A stretch of DNA of 64,000 bases from Tubulanus polymorphus (lineage: Eukaryota; Animalia; Nemertea): the NCBI RefSeq assembly GCF_964204645.1, contig NC_134035.1:5146001-5210000 (forward strand), written 5' to 3'. The position numbers were made by a program, and so were the translations under genes. Shown one piece after another: positions 1 through 38,300 of this stretch. Under the pieces are notes generated by a model that saw only the letters and a list, made by a program, of their open reading frames with translations, was not told where the DNA came from and did not search any database. The number at the start of each line of letters is the position of its first letter. The first letter of the stretch is position 1.

Positions 1-250
1 CTGCATATGTACATTTATATGTATGCTGGTACTGTGTATATGTATGTGTTAACAGGTACCATATATTCGCTCATATGTTAACAAGTACCATATGTACGTA
101 TATTTATTTGCAGGTACTGCATACATGTACATACATACATACATACGCAGCTACCGTATATGAGTATTTGTATCAACAGGTACCGTATATACATATATGT
201 GTCTGCAGGTACTGTATATATGTAGGTGCAGGTGCTGTGTGTGCTGGTGC
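1..250. repeat. low-complexity degenerate tandem repeat (caggtac/tatatatg)
   Basis: recurring ggtactgtatatatg-like units. Confidence 0.6.
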
Positions 251-883
251 TTCAAATTTGCAGTAAAAATCGTACATTTCGGAAATATGACACCCGAGTC
301 TCCATTAGTCATGAGTTGCATTTCGAGAGTCATTCGCGCAAATGTCGTCGTTTCCGAGAGCTATTTCAGCGTTTTTCGTTTAGTTGGTCAAAAGGTTTTT
401 TTGTCGATGTAATAAAAGCACTCGACGTAGGTAGAATACCTGCGCCGTGGAGTGAGTTTAGATATCAACAAATCGAGCCCCTGTCGGTGTCAACGTCCTC
501 CATTTTATTGTCACTATAAAATATATAATGCAATAATCTCACAATTTTTTAATTGCCGCCATTAGTCTGGAGAAGTGTGCTTCATTGGCTATGATGATGA
601 GATTTAGATGCGAAATCCTGAAAACCTGTTAAGAAATAAACAAGAGATTTCATTCTAATTGGGATTCTTATTTTATCATCTGCAAACTAAGCGTCAGTCT
701 ATCGGTGATAACGTATTTAACATCTTTACCAAATTGAGATTCATTAACTGAAATTTCAATGGTATATTTTATTACAGACATACCTGCCCAACATGTTTTC
801 AACTATTTTTCATTTTCTTAAAGGGTTAGCGTGTATGATTATGTGGCCATGTTGATTAGTTTCTTCAATATTGTATCTTACAG

Positions 884-27001
<26,118 letters not shown>

Positions 27002-28573
27002 CGACAACTACCACAATGATGACATCTACGGGCGTCGTCGTCATATCGAATCGAAAAAATGAAAATAAACGCTCTCTCGCGACGATATTCGATTTTCTCG
27101 GTAGTTCGTCCGTAGCGACTACACGTATTGTTATCATTGACACCGGATGACGATTATTGTAGCATTTAATAAGCGCCACCTATGGAGGGCATTGGCTGGC
27201 CGGCATAAATAAGCGGTGATCATTCTCTATTATCGTAGCTATGCTATCGCTGGTAGCCACTGCACCTAGTCTATCAGTGATGTATAGAAGAAATACTTGT
27301 TGTCTATCATTCAATCACTCAAAACATTCACCACACGTTCATCATATTGTTGTAAAAATCATCACAATCCATTTGTCCGTGTTCGTTCTATCGATATCTA
27401 TCTCTCTATCTCTCTCTCTCTCTCGCTCTATCTAAACATGCTACACATACCGGCGCCATCTGACTGAACCCTCGGGAATTAAACTCTCATGTTTATTACG
27501 ACAATTAAAAAATACATGCACGTGATATATAAATATCTTCATATAAATTTATATATTATATATAATATATATGTCCAGTGGTTGCCTTAGATAAAAGTTT
27601 GACCGTTTCGATTTCGTATGCTACTGTGGCTAGGTCGATGAGCGCGGGCCGCAGTTCAACAGTTGTCAGTTCGAATGGACTCGATAGCTCGGGCCCATGT
27701 CCACTTTTCTATGGGTAACATCTTAAACAATTTGAATGATTTAGACTTGTGAATTGAACCGTGGAACCGGTGGCAGAGTCGACCATCGACTGCCGAACTT
27801 GGTCCAGACGTTTCAGACGTTATTTCGAGTATAGCCCGTTCAACATCTGCTGATAGTTTCTTACAAAACAGGACCGTGACCGTGACGGTAGCGTACGGAA
27901 TTGAAAGGGTTAAACGTAAAACGAGATATAACTGGTATCCGACGAGGCCAAACAATTTCTCTTCTCTCGAAACTAATTACGTAGTTCATGTTTGTACGCA
28001 TACCTTATTACACTATACACTGATAATACATGATAACGATTAAAACGATGATGATACGAAATTGAAGTTGTTTTCGTGTTTTTTCATACGATGTTTAAAA
28101 ATTAAACGGCGGTGTGGGTTTGGTTTGAATGCGATAGTAGTATATACGTGTTTATAGTTTTTACTCGAGAGGTCGTGTTGTTGATGCCTCGATTACTGAA
28201 AAAATGTTTATATCATAGATTAATATTTATCATAGACTGTGAACGTACGTACGGCCCGCTTTTGGTTTACCCCTCTAATTCCTTTTTGAAAACCGGAAGT
28301 TTTGAACAAGATTGAAGTTTGAACAGAAGTTGTGAAAAGCGTGGCTGTATCATCGCATTCCTGTCCTTTGGGCGGTTTGTACATAGAATTCTCTGTTGAA
28401 TGTGATTTATCTTTTCATTGTTTATAAAACGCACCCTGCAGTTATGATAGATAAGTCTCCTCTGTAGAATCACTGCCCATCCCAACCAAATTTGTCAACG
28501 GTATTTGTAATCCCTTCATTCCGTTTACTGTACCAATAGCTTTATATTGGTTGCTTTAGTCTTCATCCTGTGA

Positions 28574-28710
28574 AGGGATCATTCATTTATTATGTATGCA
28601 TAAAATTTGAATTTTTTAAAAATCAGCCATTTTTTCATATGCATTAAGCATTACTGTATCCAATTGCACTGACCCCTCCCCTAATGCGTACGTAATAAAT
28701 GAATGACCCC
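28574..28710. mobile_element. MITE (gggatcattcatttatta / taataaatgaatgacccc)
   Basis: imperfect TIRs of about 25 bp. Confidence 0.6.
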
Positions 28711-30228
28711 AAAGTTTGTGTGGGCTTAAAATAAACCCCAAAACACTTAAAAATTCACTTTGAATGAAGGGCTAATAACAACCAAGTTGACGTATTTGTT
28801 ACTTTGTCACAGATGTAAATATCTATCAGATCAGTCGATAGGATCAACGCTCTAGGCTGGTATCAACTCTCTAGGCTGCAGTCTTCGTGGACGAATATCA
28901 TTAGCGGTTAGGCCGTGGTAGCATCAACATGGACTAAAATATCAATGGATTGAAATGTATTATCAATGAGTGTACCGTACAACATAGGGCTGTGTTTTTC
29001 CTTTAACTATAGAAAAGGTATATTTCTTTTTGTATAGTCTGAATTCTACAAATCGCTGTTAGACGCTTCTATTTCCCCCGACTTAAGAATTTATGAACAC
29101 AATTAATTTCAGGTCTGCCATTCAATTTGATCATTCTGAAATTATTCTTGTTCGCCAAATTTGACATTTTTTTGCTGATCAGGCCGTATTATCGTGGATT
29201 TTCTAGGTATTTCAACATGCGTATGCATCACTGGTATAAGCGCTAACATTGCTTTGAACAAAGCAGATTTTTGCATGAAAATATTCGCACGTTTTGCGGG
29301 GGTTTTTTTCCACAGATATCATCGTCACAATGATGAAACAACTCTGATCTGAGGTCTGTGTAATGTTTTTATGTATTATATATACACTTTATATTTATCG
29401 TCGGTTTACGTTTGACTTCGGAGAAGCTGTTTCTTAAAATGACACGGAACGCCACCTATGAATACCGATAACTTGCGTCTTCGTCTAATCTTTTCTAAGT
29501 TCGAAAATGGGGGGGGGATAGATTTAAGATTCGAGATTTTCATCGTGGGCCCATTTCCTGTTAGATTAGACTCACAGAATCGAAATCAGATTATTTTCGA
29601 TTCATTTTAAGCGTGTATCTCGTATGAGCTCCGCGTAGATACGTTATTTTAGCGAGATTTTCCGAGCAGAAAAAGCGAAGACATAACGCGAATACTCATC
29701 GGCCGACGTCTAGTCCTAACTGTTGCTTTGTTACGGCTTCTCAGACGCAAACGGAACCACGAAAAAATGGAAATTAGCTGAAAATGTAGATTACTATTGA
29801 TAATGATTAGCTGTGTAATTAATGACTGTTTAGCGACTCGATAGATGAGTGTTTAGAGACATGTATTATGAATAAGATATCCTCTATATCTCTCTCTCTT
29901 TTCTCTCTCCAACTCCGGTGTTTGCATGTCCGAAACGCGGGGAAAAAAGATGGCCGTTTTTATTACCGTAATAATATATTATTATTATTACCATTATTAT
30001 TATTATTATTATTATTATCGCAAAACAAACCTTGTATATTACTATGTATTATTTATTATTGACAGAGATCCCGAAATTAAGGGGCCATGGTGCCTGCATT
30101 GTTGAAGTATTAGATATTGGCATGAATGTTTAATCAATATAGAGGAGTGCGTGCGTGTGCGTGTATGTATATGTGTGTATCATGTTTCACAGGTGTGCCA
30201 TGACGTGTTGTTGTTTATTGACACTAGG

Positions 30229-30455
30229 GGGAGCTTCCATATCTGTAATGGTCATCCTACTGTCGCGCGGGAACACTTAACGGATCATGAACTGATTTTT
30301 GACTGCGAGCTCCCAGTTCTGCGGTTACGGGTTAGATTTTCGACTTTGAAAATTGTTTCTTTAAAATACTTGGCATACATTTCACGGGGACAATCGTTAG
30401 TTCAAAGACTCCGATGTTGATTTAAAAATGGGATCCGGCAGCCGTGGAAGCTCCC
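30229..30455. mobile_element. MITE with GGGAGCTTCCA TIR
   Basis: gggagcttcca ... tggaagctccc. Confidence 0.5.
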
Positions 30456-31883
30456 AATTATAGTCAGGTGTGTACGTGTGAGTTAACACTAAATTCACCA
30501 CCCACAAGTCAAACATACTTATATTCTCACTGAACGCATTCAAAGATAGTTTATTGTAGAAAGTTGATATGAAAATGATGATGTGGTTTTTACCGATTAA
30601 ATGAAAATACGATATAATGAAATAATGAAAATAACGTTTGACACGCGAGAGTGTTTTTTTTTTGGTTTGTGTACGATGTAGATATAATTGCGGATATTAT
30701 AGAAATCGACGGTTTGTACTGATTTCAAATGATAATAATGACAAGAATTAATGGAATGGAATCGTGAAATGTTATCGGAAAGAAAAAACAATCATTGTGG
30801 ATAATTCTTATTGTAATGAAATCATGATAATTTATTCTTGCTGTGTGTAATTATTTCCGATCGATGATCAGTTCGTACGTCGTGCTCGCTACATCTCCCC
30901 TGTGATTTACCCCTACTAGTAACGATGTTGAATTATTTAGACGCGGTGACTGCTTGGTTCTGTAAGATCAAATTCAGATGCTTGTTACCAGCGAGTGCTC
31001 ACTAAATTCAACGTAACTGAAGCCGAGAATGATCTGGGGCCGGTTGCTCCAAAGTTGGTTATAGTTTACCAATGGATGGTTGACAAGTGACAATTAAAAG
31101 TTCAACGTTACTATGGTATCTATCCGCCAGTTATCTTAAACCAGCCTTTGAGCAACTGGCACCTGGCTTTTATTCTCGTTTTCCTAGTTCTAATTCTTTA
31201 GAAACGTGCGGGTTTTTAGATTTTAGAGGTGGATGTAGCCGGCACCACGTCGGAAAAACTTCATCGGTTTTATTTTTTGTGTGTATAGTTGTGCGTGACC
31301 CACCGAACATCAGTATATTTCATTTCAAACTAGAAATAAGTACCAGTTCAGTCAATTCAATTGTTCTATTCTTGTGATTGGTCGATCAGCTGATATACAT
31401 TGTATTTCAACCAATCACAGATCGTTTAACTTACACGACACAAACTATAGTCGCTACTTTCTAGCTAAAATCGATGTTATGATTTCTTGAATTGCGTTGA
31501 TTTGAATTTTTAATTAACGATTTAATTGCTAATTGGTGAAAAAAAACAAATGATTTTATAAATGAGTTTTGTGTTATGATTTGGTGCATGTTTATTTTAT
31601 AAAAAAAAGGGTACTACTTACAAAAAACGGGTGCCTCATTCCGGCACTTCTTATGTCAACTTATATATGTTTTCCACATTGTTGAAATAGTGAAGACACA
31701 GGAAATATAAATAGTTAACTGAATCTAGTCCAATGCTGTTTTGTACCCTAAAAGAATCTCAGTCCTTTAATCGAGTCTAAAAGATTATTCCAGTCTAAAA
31801 GAGTTCCATTATTTCTATCAGGCATCCCCTTTTCGAGCAAAAAATTGATATACCGTATGTAAACAAACTATAAATCGGTTTAA

Positions 31884-32164
31884 CCCTTTCAGTGCTGACT
31901 AATTAATACCCTATAGTGCTGGAGATAATTGGAATATTTTAAAAAATTCCACCCTAGTGTGTTGAATAATGGGAATACCACTATAGTGCGTTGACACCGC
32001 GATGCAGTGTATCGTTAGTTACTAGTATTTCACTATGTTTGACAGGAGCTGCCATTTTTCAAGAGAGATAATTACTAATTACATCAATACACCAAAGTGC
32101 GGTGTACTGGCAAAATCCATCACTGATTTATACACCGCACTGTGGTGTAGACGCACTGAAAGGG
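31884..32164. mobile_element. piggyBac-type MITE with TTAA TSD
   Basis: TTAA-CCCTTTCAGTGC...GCACTGAAAGGG-TTAA. Confidence 0.82.
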
Positions 32165-32645
32165 TTAATGAGAACAGATGTTCTGGTTCCCTTAAGTTTT
32201 TCGCAACCAAGTTTTAACTTATCGGTACCAGATATAACGAAGTAGATCTTCTGTAGTTGGCTGTAATGAAGTTGCACTCCGGTTTCGTTAGCGCGACTAT
32301 AGGGATGCTTGATGTTAATGTCGAAGGACATCGTTCGAAAATTGGTCTACCTCCATTCTTAAATATAGCGGTCAACTTTGGAAGAATTGTACAACACATT
32401 TTACCATTTAGCATAATAGTTTATAATACGACACTAACTCTGGTATATTGTGTATATAGTTAGAAACATAAGTTTTTTATGTGCAATTTATTGATTATTT
32501 TGATTAAATCTGCGATTCCATTTTTCCTTTCCGGAATATTCTGTACTTAATTCATAAATGGCTACCTAGGACTCGTCATTTCATCATCGGACGTTCATTC
32601 AGTAATAAAAACAAACAAACAGACAAATCGTGTAAAAAGTTAAGA

Positions 32646-32704
<59 letters not shown>
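32646..32704. repeat. (TTA)n microsatellite
   Basis: about 19 units. Confidence 0.95.
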
Positions 32705-32705
<1 letters not shown>

Positions 32706-33028
32706 GTTTATTGTGTACATTGATTGTAAAGTTCGTAGTTGATTGGTGGTATTTCATCACCTGACCTATCGTCATCGCCGCGCCAACCGACTCGGCTCGG
32801 GATGATGACGTCACGGCGATAGAACAGCAGCGGGCCTACGACACGGTGTTGACGTAATATGCAATGTCGGCCTCTCATTCGTATATAATAAATAATAGTA
32901 TATCCATGGAAATTCTGTGTATAGCAAAATAAACAAAGGAAGAGATGAAATATTTGTAAATACGTAGTATAAATCAGTTTAGCTTCCTGGATACATCGTC
33001 ATACACATCAAAAAAGCAAAATGTGTTC

Positions 33029-33034
33029 AATAAA
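33029..33034 (+). terminator. candidate distal polyadenylation signal of liprin-alpha
   Basis: AATAAA followed by GT/T-rich sequence at the end of a long UTR-like tract. Confidence 0.45.
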
Positions 33035-35113
33035 TGATAATTGATTTTATTCAATGACAATATATTCCGATGTTCATGTTACTTTATTTGTCGGATTTCG
33101 GTGACTTTCGTGAAAGGGTGCTAGTGTCGAGGATTTGTTTTTTTTTAAATACTTTCTGCGAAAAGTTCCACTCCAACCATAGTTAGTTACGTAAATAGTT
33201 GGGTATAAGCATTTGTGAAAAATGATTCTGAAACTAAACCACAGACAGGTTACTGACTAGGTCCCACCCATGATTATTGATTAGTTATTGATAAAGTAGA
33301 TTATATAAACTGGACTATTTACTTCATAGTCAAAAAGTAGTCGTCTCTATATACACTGCTACCATCTATCCATCTCTACCTGAACTAAAAGAAAATGAGT
33401 TCATTTCGAATGGATCGCCTTTTTTCGACTTTAATGCACAACACAGTTGCCATCTATTCATACGTAGTGTAACTAAAAAGAACGAGCCAGATAAAACCCC
33501 GTTACTGATTCTTCTAAAAAATGTCCCAGAAACAATTGTCGAATAAGACATAAAAACGATGTTATTAGAAAAGTCCCGTAAATGGATTTGTTCTAAGAAT
33601 TTGCATAAAACATTATACTTTTTAAATGTTTAGAAAGTGTTTCTTTGCCTTAAAAAAAAGAAAGCTGAGATCAATCCTGTGTTTGATGAACCACTTGTAA
33701 GAATGTGTACCCGGAGGTGTAATCAGATGTAAACTCGCCTTCGTTTCACTGTTTCTGCATCATTATAAATCAGAAGAAAATTCCGACAAGAACCTGCATA
33801 TACATCACGCTGCTACGCGCCGCTTACCCTTTCATCTTTGATCTTAACTTGTACCAGAAGAACTTCGATGTATAGATAATTATATTTTACAAAATTTGAT
33901 ACGCAGAAAAAAACACCTCCGACTCAATACATCTAGTCAAGTTTATAGTGAATGGTTCAAGTGGGATGCGAATTTGGATATTTTGTATTTTGTGTAAACT
34001 CCCATGAATTTATAATTTATATGTAACAAGTGACATTTAATGTATTTGCATTTATGGTTTCTCAAAGTATATTATGCACCCGTTGACTGCACATAACCTA
34101 CACAAATTCTAAATGTTTAAGGTAGGAATTGTCTGCATTTATGATATTTCAAAAACAAATGGAATAGACGCGTAAAACTTTTCGGGATAAATACAAGACT
34201 TTATAAAACCCGAGACGTATTCTTTAAAAAACAACATTTAAGGGACCAAAGCGTCAGTACTCATCACGGCGTTATCAGAACTTACTGATTGGTGAGTGAA
34301 ACTTTAATCCATTTCATTAATACATAATCGTGTTTTGTTAATTTCTCGGCCTTATCATAAACCGTTAATCCCTATATTCTTTCAAGTTTCGTTTTAATTG
34401 CGATTAATGGTTGTTGTTGTTGTAAGGATTAAGATTACCGGATCTAGTGGATCCTCAGATATCCGATATAACGGTATTGATAGTGAACGTTTTGAATAAG
34501 GAAGTTTAACAGTGGTCAGGTGTCCCAGTCATCTGTGATTTATGTAATGCTCTGAATTAATTAATTAAGAAATTCGAGAATTCCTGATCAATCAGACTGG
34601 TCGGTTTTAATTGATTATCTTCAGTCAGTCATTATAAAAACTCCGGGGGGAAATTCCGCAGTGTTTAATATTCAAAGCTGTGCTCTAGATAATCCTAATC
34701 GGGTATCGTTCGCTAATCCCTTATTGACCTATCTATTATTTAAAAGCGGATTAGTACGGTTATAGTTAACTCATTGTTGATTGTCGATTCAGTATCAGAG
34801 TTTCTGCATTGACTTTCTATGTAAGCTACAGTACCGTGTGCAATAAGTCCAAACGTTCTAGAACGCGAATCAGTACTTCGTTAAGCCTACACTACTAAAG
34901 CATTCGGACACCTGGTGCACGGAGAGCCGATTCTTTTACGTCGATCTTTTAATTTTTTTCAGATAAACTTTTAAGCTTTCTCACGCATTTTAAATCTCGG
35001 ATATATCAGAAATGATAGTGTGGAGTTGGATTTTTGCTAATAATCTGCCATCGAATTGGGGGACTTTATTTGACCGAACTACTGTCAGCAGTCATAGCGC
35101 GTACTGATACGTA

Positions 35114-35130
35114 CAAAATGGCGGCTTCCG
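35114..35130 (+). promoter_or_regulatory. YY1-type (AAAATGGCGGC) and ETS-type (CTTCCG) motifs near LRP5/6 start
   Basis: caaaatggcggcttccg about 140 nt upstream of the ATG; motif match only. Confidence 0.45.
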
Positions 35131-35255
35131 TGTGAAGAAAAATAAAGATGAACAACTTTTCTCGGCGGAAATTTCATGGATTTAAAGGCTTTTCGAAGTC
35201 GTATGCGTCGTTTAAATGTGTGAAAATTTGATCGGCAACTGTTGGAATAAGAAGG

Positions 35256-35310
35256 ATGCGCTATTGCGGTCGGATAGTTTGCTTGTTAGCGATTTTACAC
35301 GCAGTTTTAG
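35256..35310 (+). CDS. LRP6: LRP5/6 exon 1, signal peptide ([18 protein letters not shown])
   Basis: ATG, hydrophobic stretch, TAG/gtaaga phase 1 matching exon 2. Confidence 0.85.
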
Positions 35311-38300
35311 GTAAGAACTGGAAAAGCAGGAAACGCGAAAAAGTCGATTCGTGAAGTCAGTCGTGAGAAGTTTTTTTGGGTTTCGTTCTTTATCTTATTC
35401 AGCAAAAACATTCATTTAAATTTATACATAATCAGTCGATTATGGTGCGTTCATGCTACTGCTAAGGAACTCGAATCCTACTCAGAGTTTAGTTGGGATA
35501 CTATGCATCTCGGCCAGGAACTGTGGTCTTAAAAAAGAGCCAGTCCAGGGGTTTTTTTTAGGTTTCAGCTTGAACATTTTTTTTAAGTGACCTGATATGA
35601 TAATGTGTTCGAATTGCCTAAAAATGAAAGATGACGGTGGGAAAAATTTTACAGAATCAAAATTGGTCAAACCAATGGTTTATAAGTTATAAGCAATTAG
35701 GCCTACTAGCAGCACTCGCTCTATCGGGGTCTGGGTGGGTTTGACCGCTATACTTTTTTGATAATGATCTTGAGTAAGGGTAAGGGTATCTATCAGATTG
35801 GCTCCGCTGGCCGGTTCTGCCATACTTGGAATAAACAGGGTCATTCATTTATGGAAGTGGTTATTTTGGCAGATCCGGTTACGAAGGATATTTTGCCGGA
35901 TATCGTCTCTTATTGGCTGATTTACTCCGAGCATGCGCAGAGGACGCAACTTAGAAAATTCGAAGGAAGTGTGGAGAACAGAGTTTGAGAAAATAGAACG
36001 GATAGAGCGAGACTCGAACCCGGGCCAGTAAATTACTAGCGTAGCGTCATACCACTAGACCACCAAGCTTGCTGAAAACCAATCAAATGTTTTAACTACA
36101 TATAGCCTCACCTTACCCTTACCCTATCCCTAATTGTGAAACGGAACCCTCTGGACCCTCTTGACACTAACCCTATTGAAACCCTAACCCTAAACCCAAT
36201 AAAATGATTTTATCGTTATATGATATATGGATCTGGCAAAATATCTTTTATAAGTCGCTAACCAAATCCAGCAAAATAACCACGTCCCTCATTTAATATC
36301 GAAAAAAATTCATAAAGTCTGAATTTTATTGTAGATTATAACGATTTCCATTTTAACGATGATTTTCACTTAGACACGGAGTGCCATCTTTGTTTTTTAG
36401 GGTCGCCACTGTTGCTGTTCGCCAATCGTAAAGATGTACGTTTGGTCGACGCGACGAATCCTCGCAATAATTCAACGATCGTCATGGATGAACTGGAGGA
36501 TGCTGCGGCAGTCGACTTCTGTTATAAACAGCACTCGGTGTTTCTGACAGACGTTAGCACTGAAGTGATCAAACGCATTTATTTGAATGGATCAACTGTC
36601 AGTCAAGATGTGATCACTACAGGTTAGTAGCGTAAGCTGTTAGTTAAAAGGAAAACTGTAGGCCTGTAAATTCTTATTTTATTAGGCCTATTGTTGAAAA
36701 GGTGTCAAAAGGCTTCGACCATGTTCTAATCAGTTCGAACGAAAGCATGAAATTATTTTTTATCTTACCTCCGCCCTATTTATTTCAGTAAAAAGGTGAA
36801 TAATATTGAATTTTTTTAAATTCACTTCTTGGATGACTTTCTTAGTAACAGCTTGAATTTTTTTCTGCCTACCCAGCTAGTTGAAGTCCATCAAATCTGT
36901 AATCCTACTTAAAAAATGGCCTTAGGCAGAACTTCTAGTGTAAATTGTACCAGTTCAGTCTAATCTTTATTTTGAAAAATTTCCCCAAAGCATTAAAATG
37001 AGCTCAGGCAGTTCAAAACTTATTTTGGCCACAAATTGGAAACGAGCGTTGATGGTTTGATGTATATTTCAGGTTTAGTGTCACCGGACGGTCTCGCCTG
37101 TGACTGGATCGGTAATAAACTATACTGGACCGATTCGGAGACCAATCGAATTGAAGTGAGTAATTTCGACGGCTCGTATCGTAAAGTGCTTTATTGGCAG
37201 AATCTCGATCAGCCGAGGGCGATCGCTCTCGATCCACGACACGGGTAAGTCTTTACATCTTCAGATTTTAAACTGCCACGAAGTTTGTTTATCTGCCTTA
37301 TCGGTTGCATGTCCGGGGTCCCTACGAGTCCTTTATTTCGTAAAAATGTTTTTAAAGGTGCTTGAAAGGTGCACTTTCAATTTGAACAAAATGCCCAAAA
37401 TTACTTTAGTAATCCTTCAATTTTGAAAAATAGGCGATTAGAATTAATGTCTAGTTGCTGTACGGCAGACTACCCCTAGATTGGTACATTGTGGACCAGG
37501 ACTTTTACAGCGTAATTAGGCAGTTACCAAATTAGAATCCAAGTTTAGGTAGTTAAGGATTTGAATTTGCTTACAAAACCACTGAATTAACAGTTTACCA
37601 AGAAAGTATCGATTTAGGAGGTCAGGAGTCCACTTTACTGGGGATATGAAATTGATGCAAGTTTGACTGATCTGTAGGGACCATGATAGAGAATTAACTA
37701 AATTTTTGTCTCATCACATCAGGTATATATATTGGACGGACTGGGGCGAGGTGCCGAAGATCGAACGCGCCGCGATGGACGGAGACAATACTCACCGAGC
37801 CGTCATCGTCAACGAGAACATCCACTGGCCGAATGGATTAACCCTCGATTACGCGGAATCGCGCATTTACTGGGCCGACGCGAAACTGTTCTACATTCAT
37901 AGCGTGAAATTCGACGGCACCGGCCGCAAGGCGATCGTCGAGGGAAAAGTGGCGCTGCCGCACCCGTACGCGTTGTCGTTACACGCCGATACGTTGTATT
38001 GGACGGATTGGCAGACGCGTTCGATACACTCGTGTAATAAAGCGACCGGCGAAGATCGGAAGGATATTCACACTAATATCTACTCGCCGATGGATATACA
38101 TGTTTACTCGGCCGATAGACAAATACAACGTGAGTTCACTTCCGATTTTATTTCGACGATCTTAGGTCCTTTTTAAAAATTGAAAATTTTCATCGAACGT
38201 ATTCCCTTTTAGGAAAAGCAATTCCGGATGACCGACTCGGTCGTTTCTGACCAAAAGAAACCTACCGACCTCTCTACCATGAAATGATGTGTACATGAAA

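Noticed and set aside
36005-36070. Functional tRNA gene
   Set aside because: A and B boxes present but anticodon and acceptor stems do not pair; treated as a tRNA-derived repeat.
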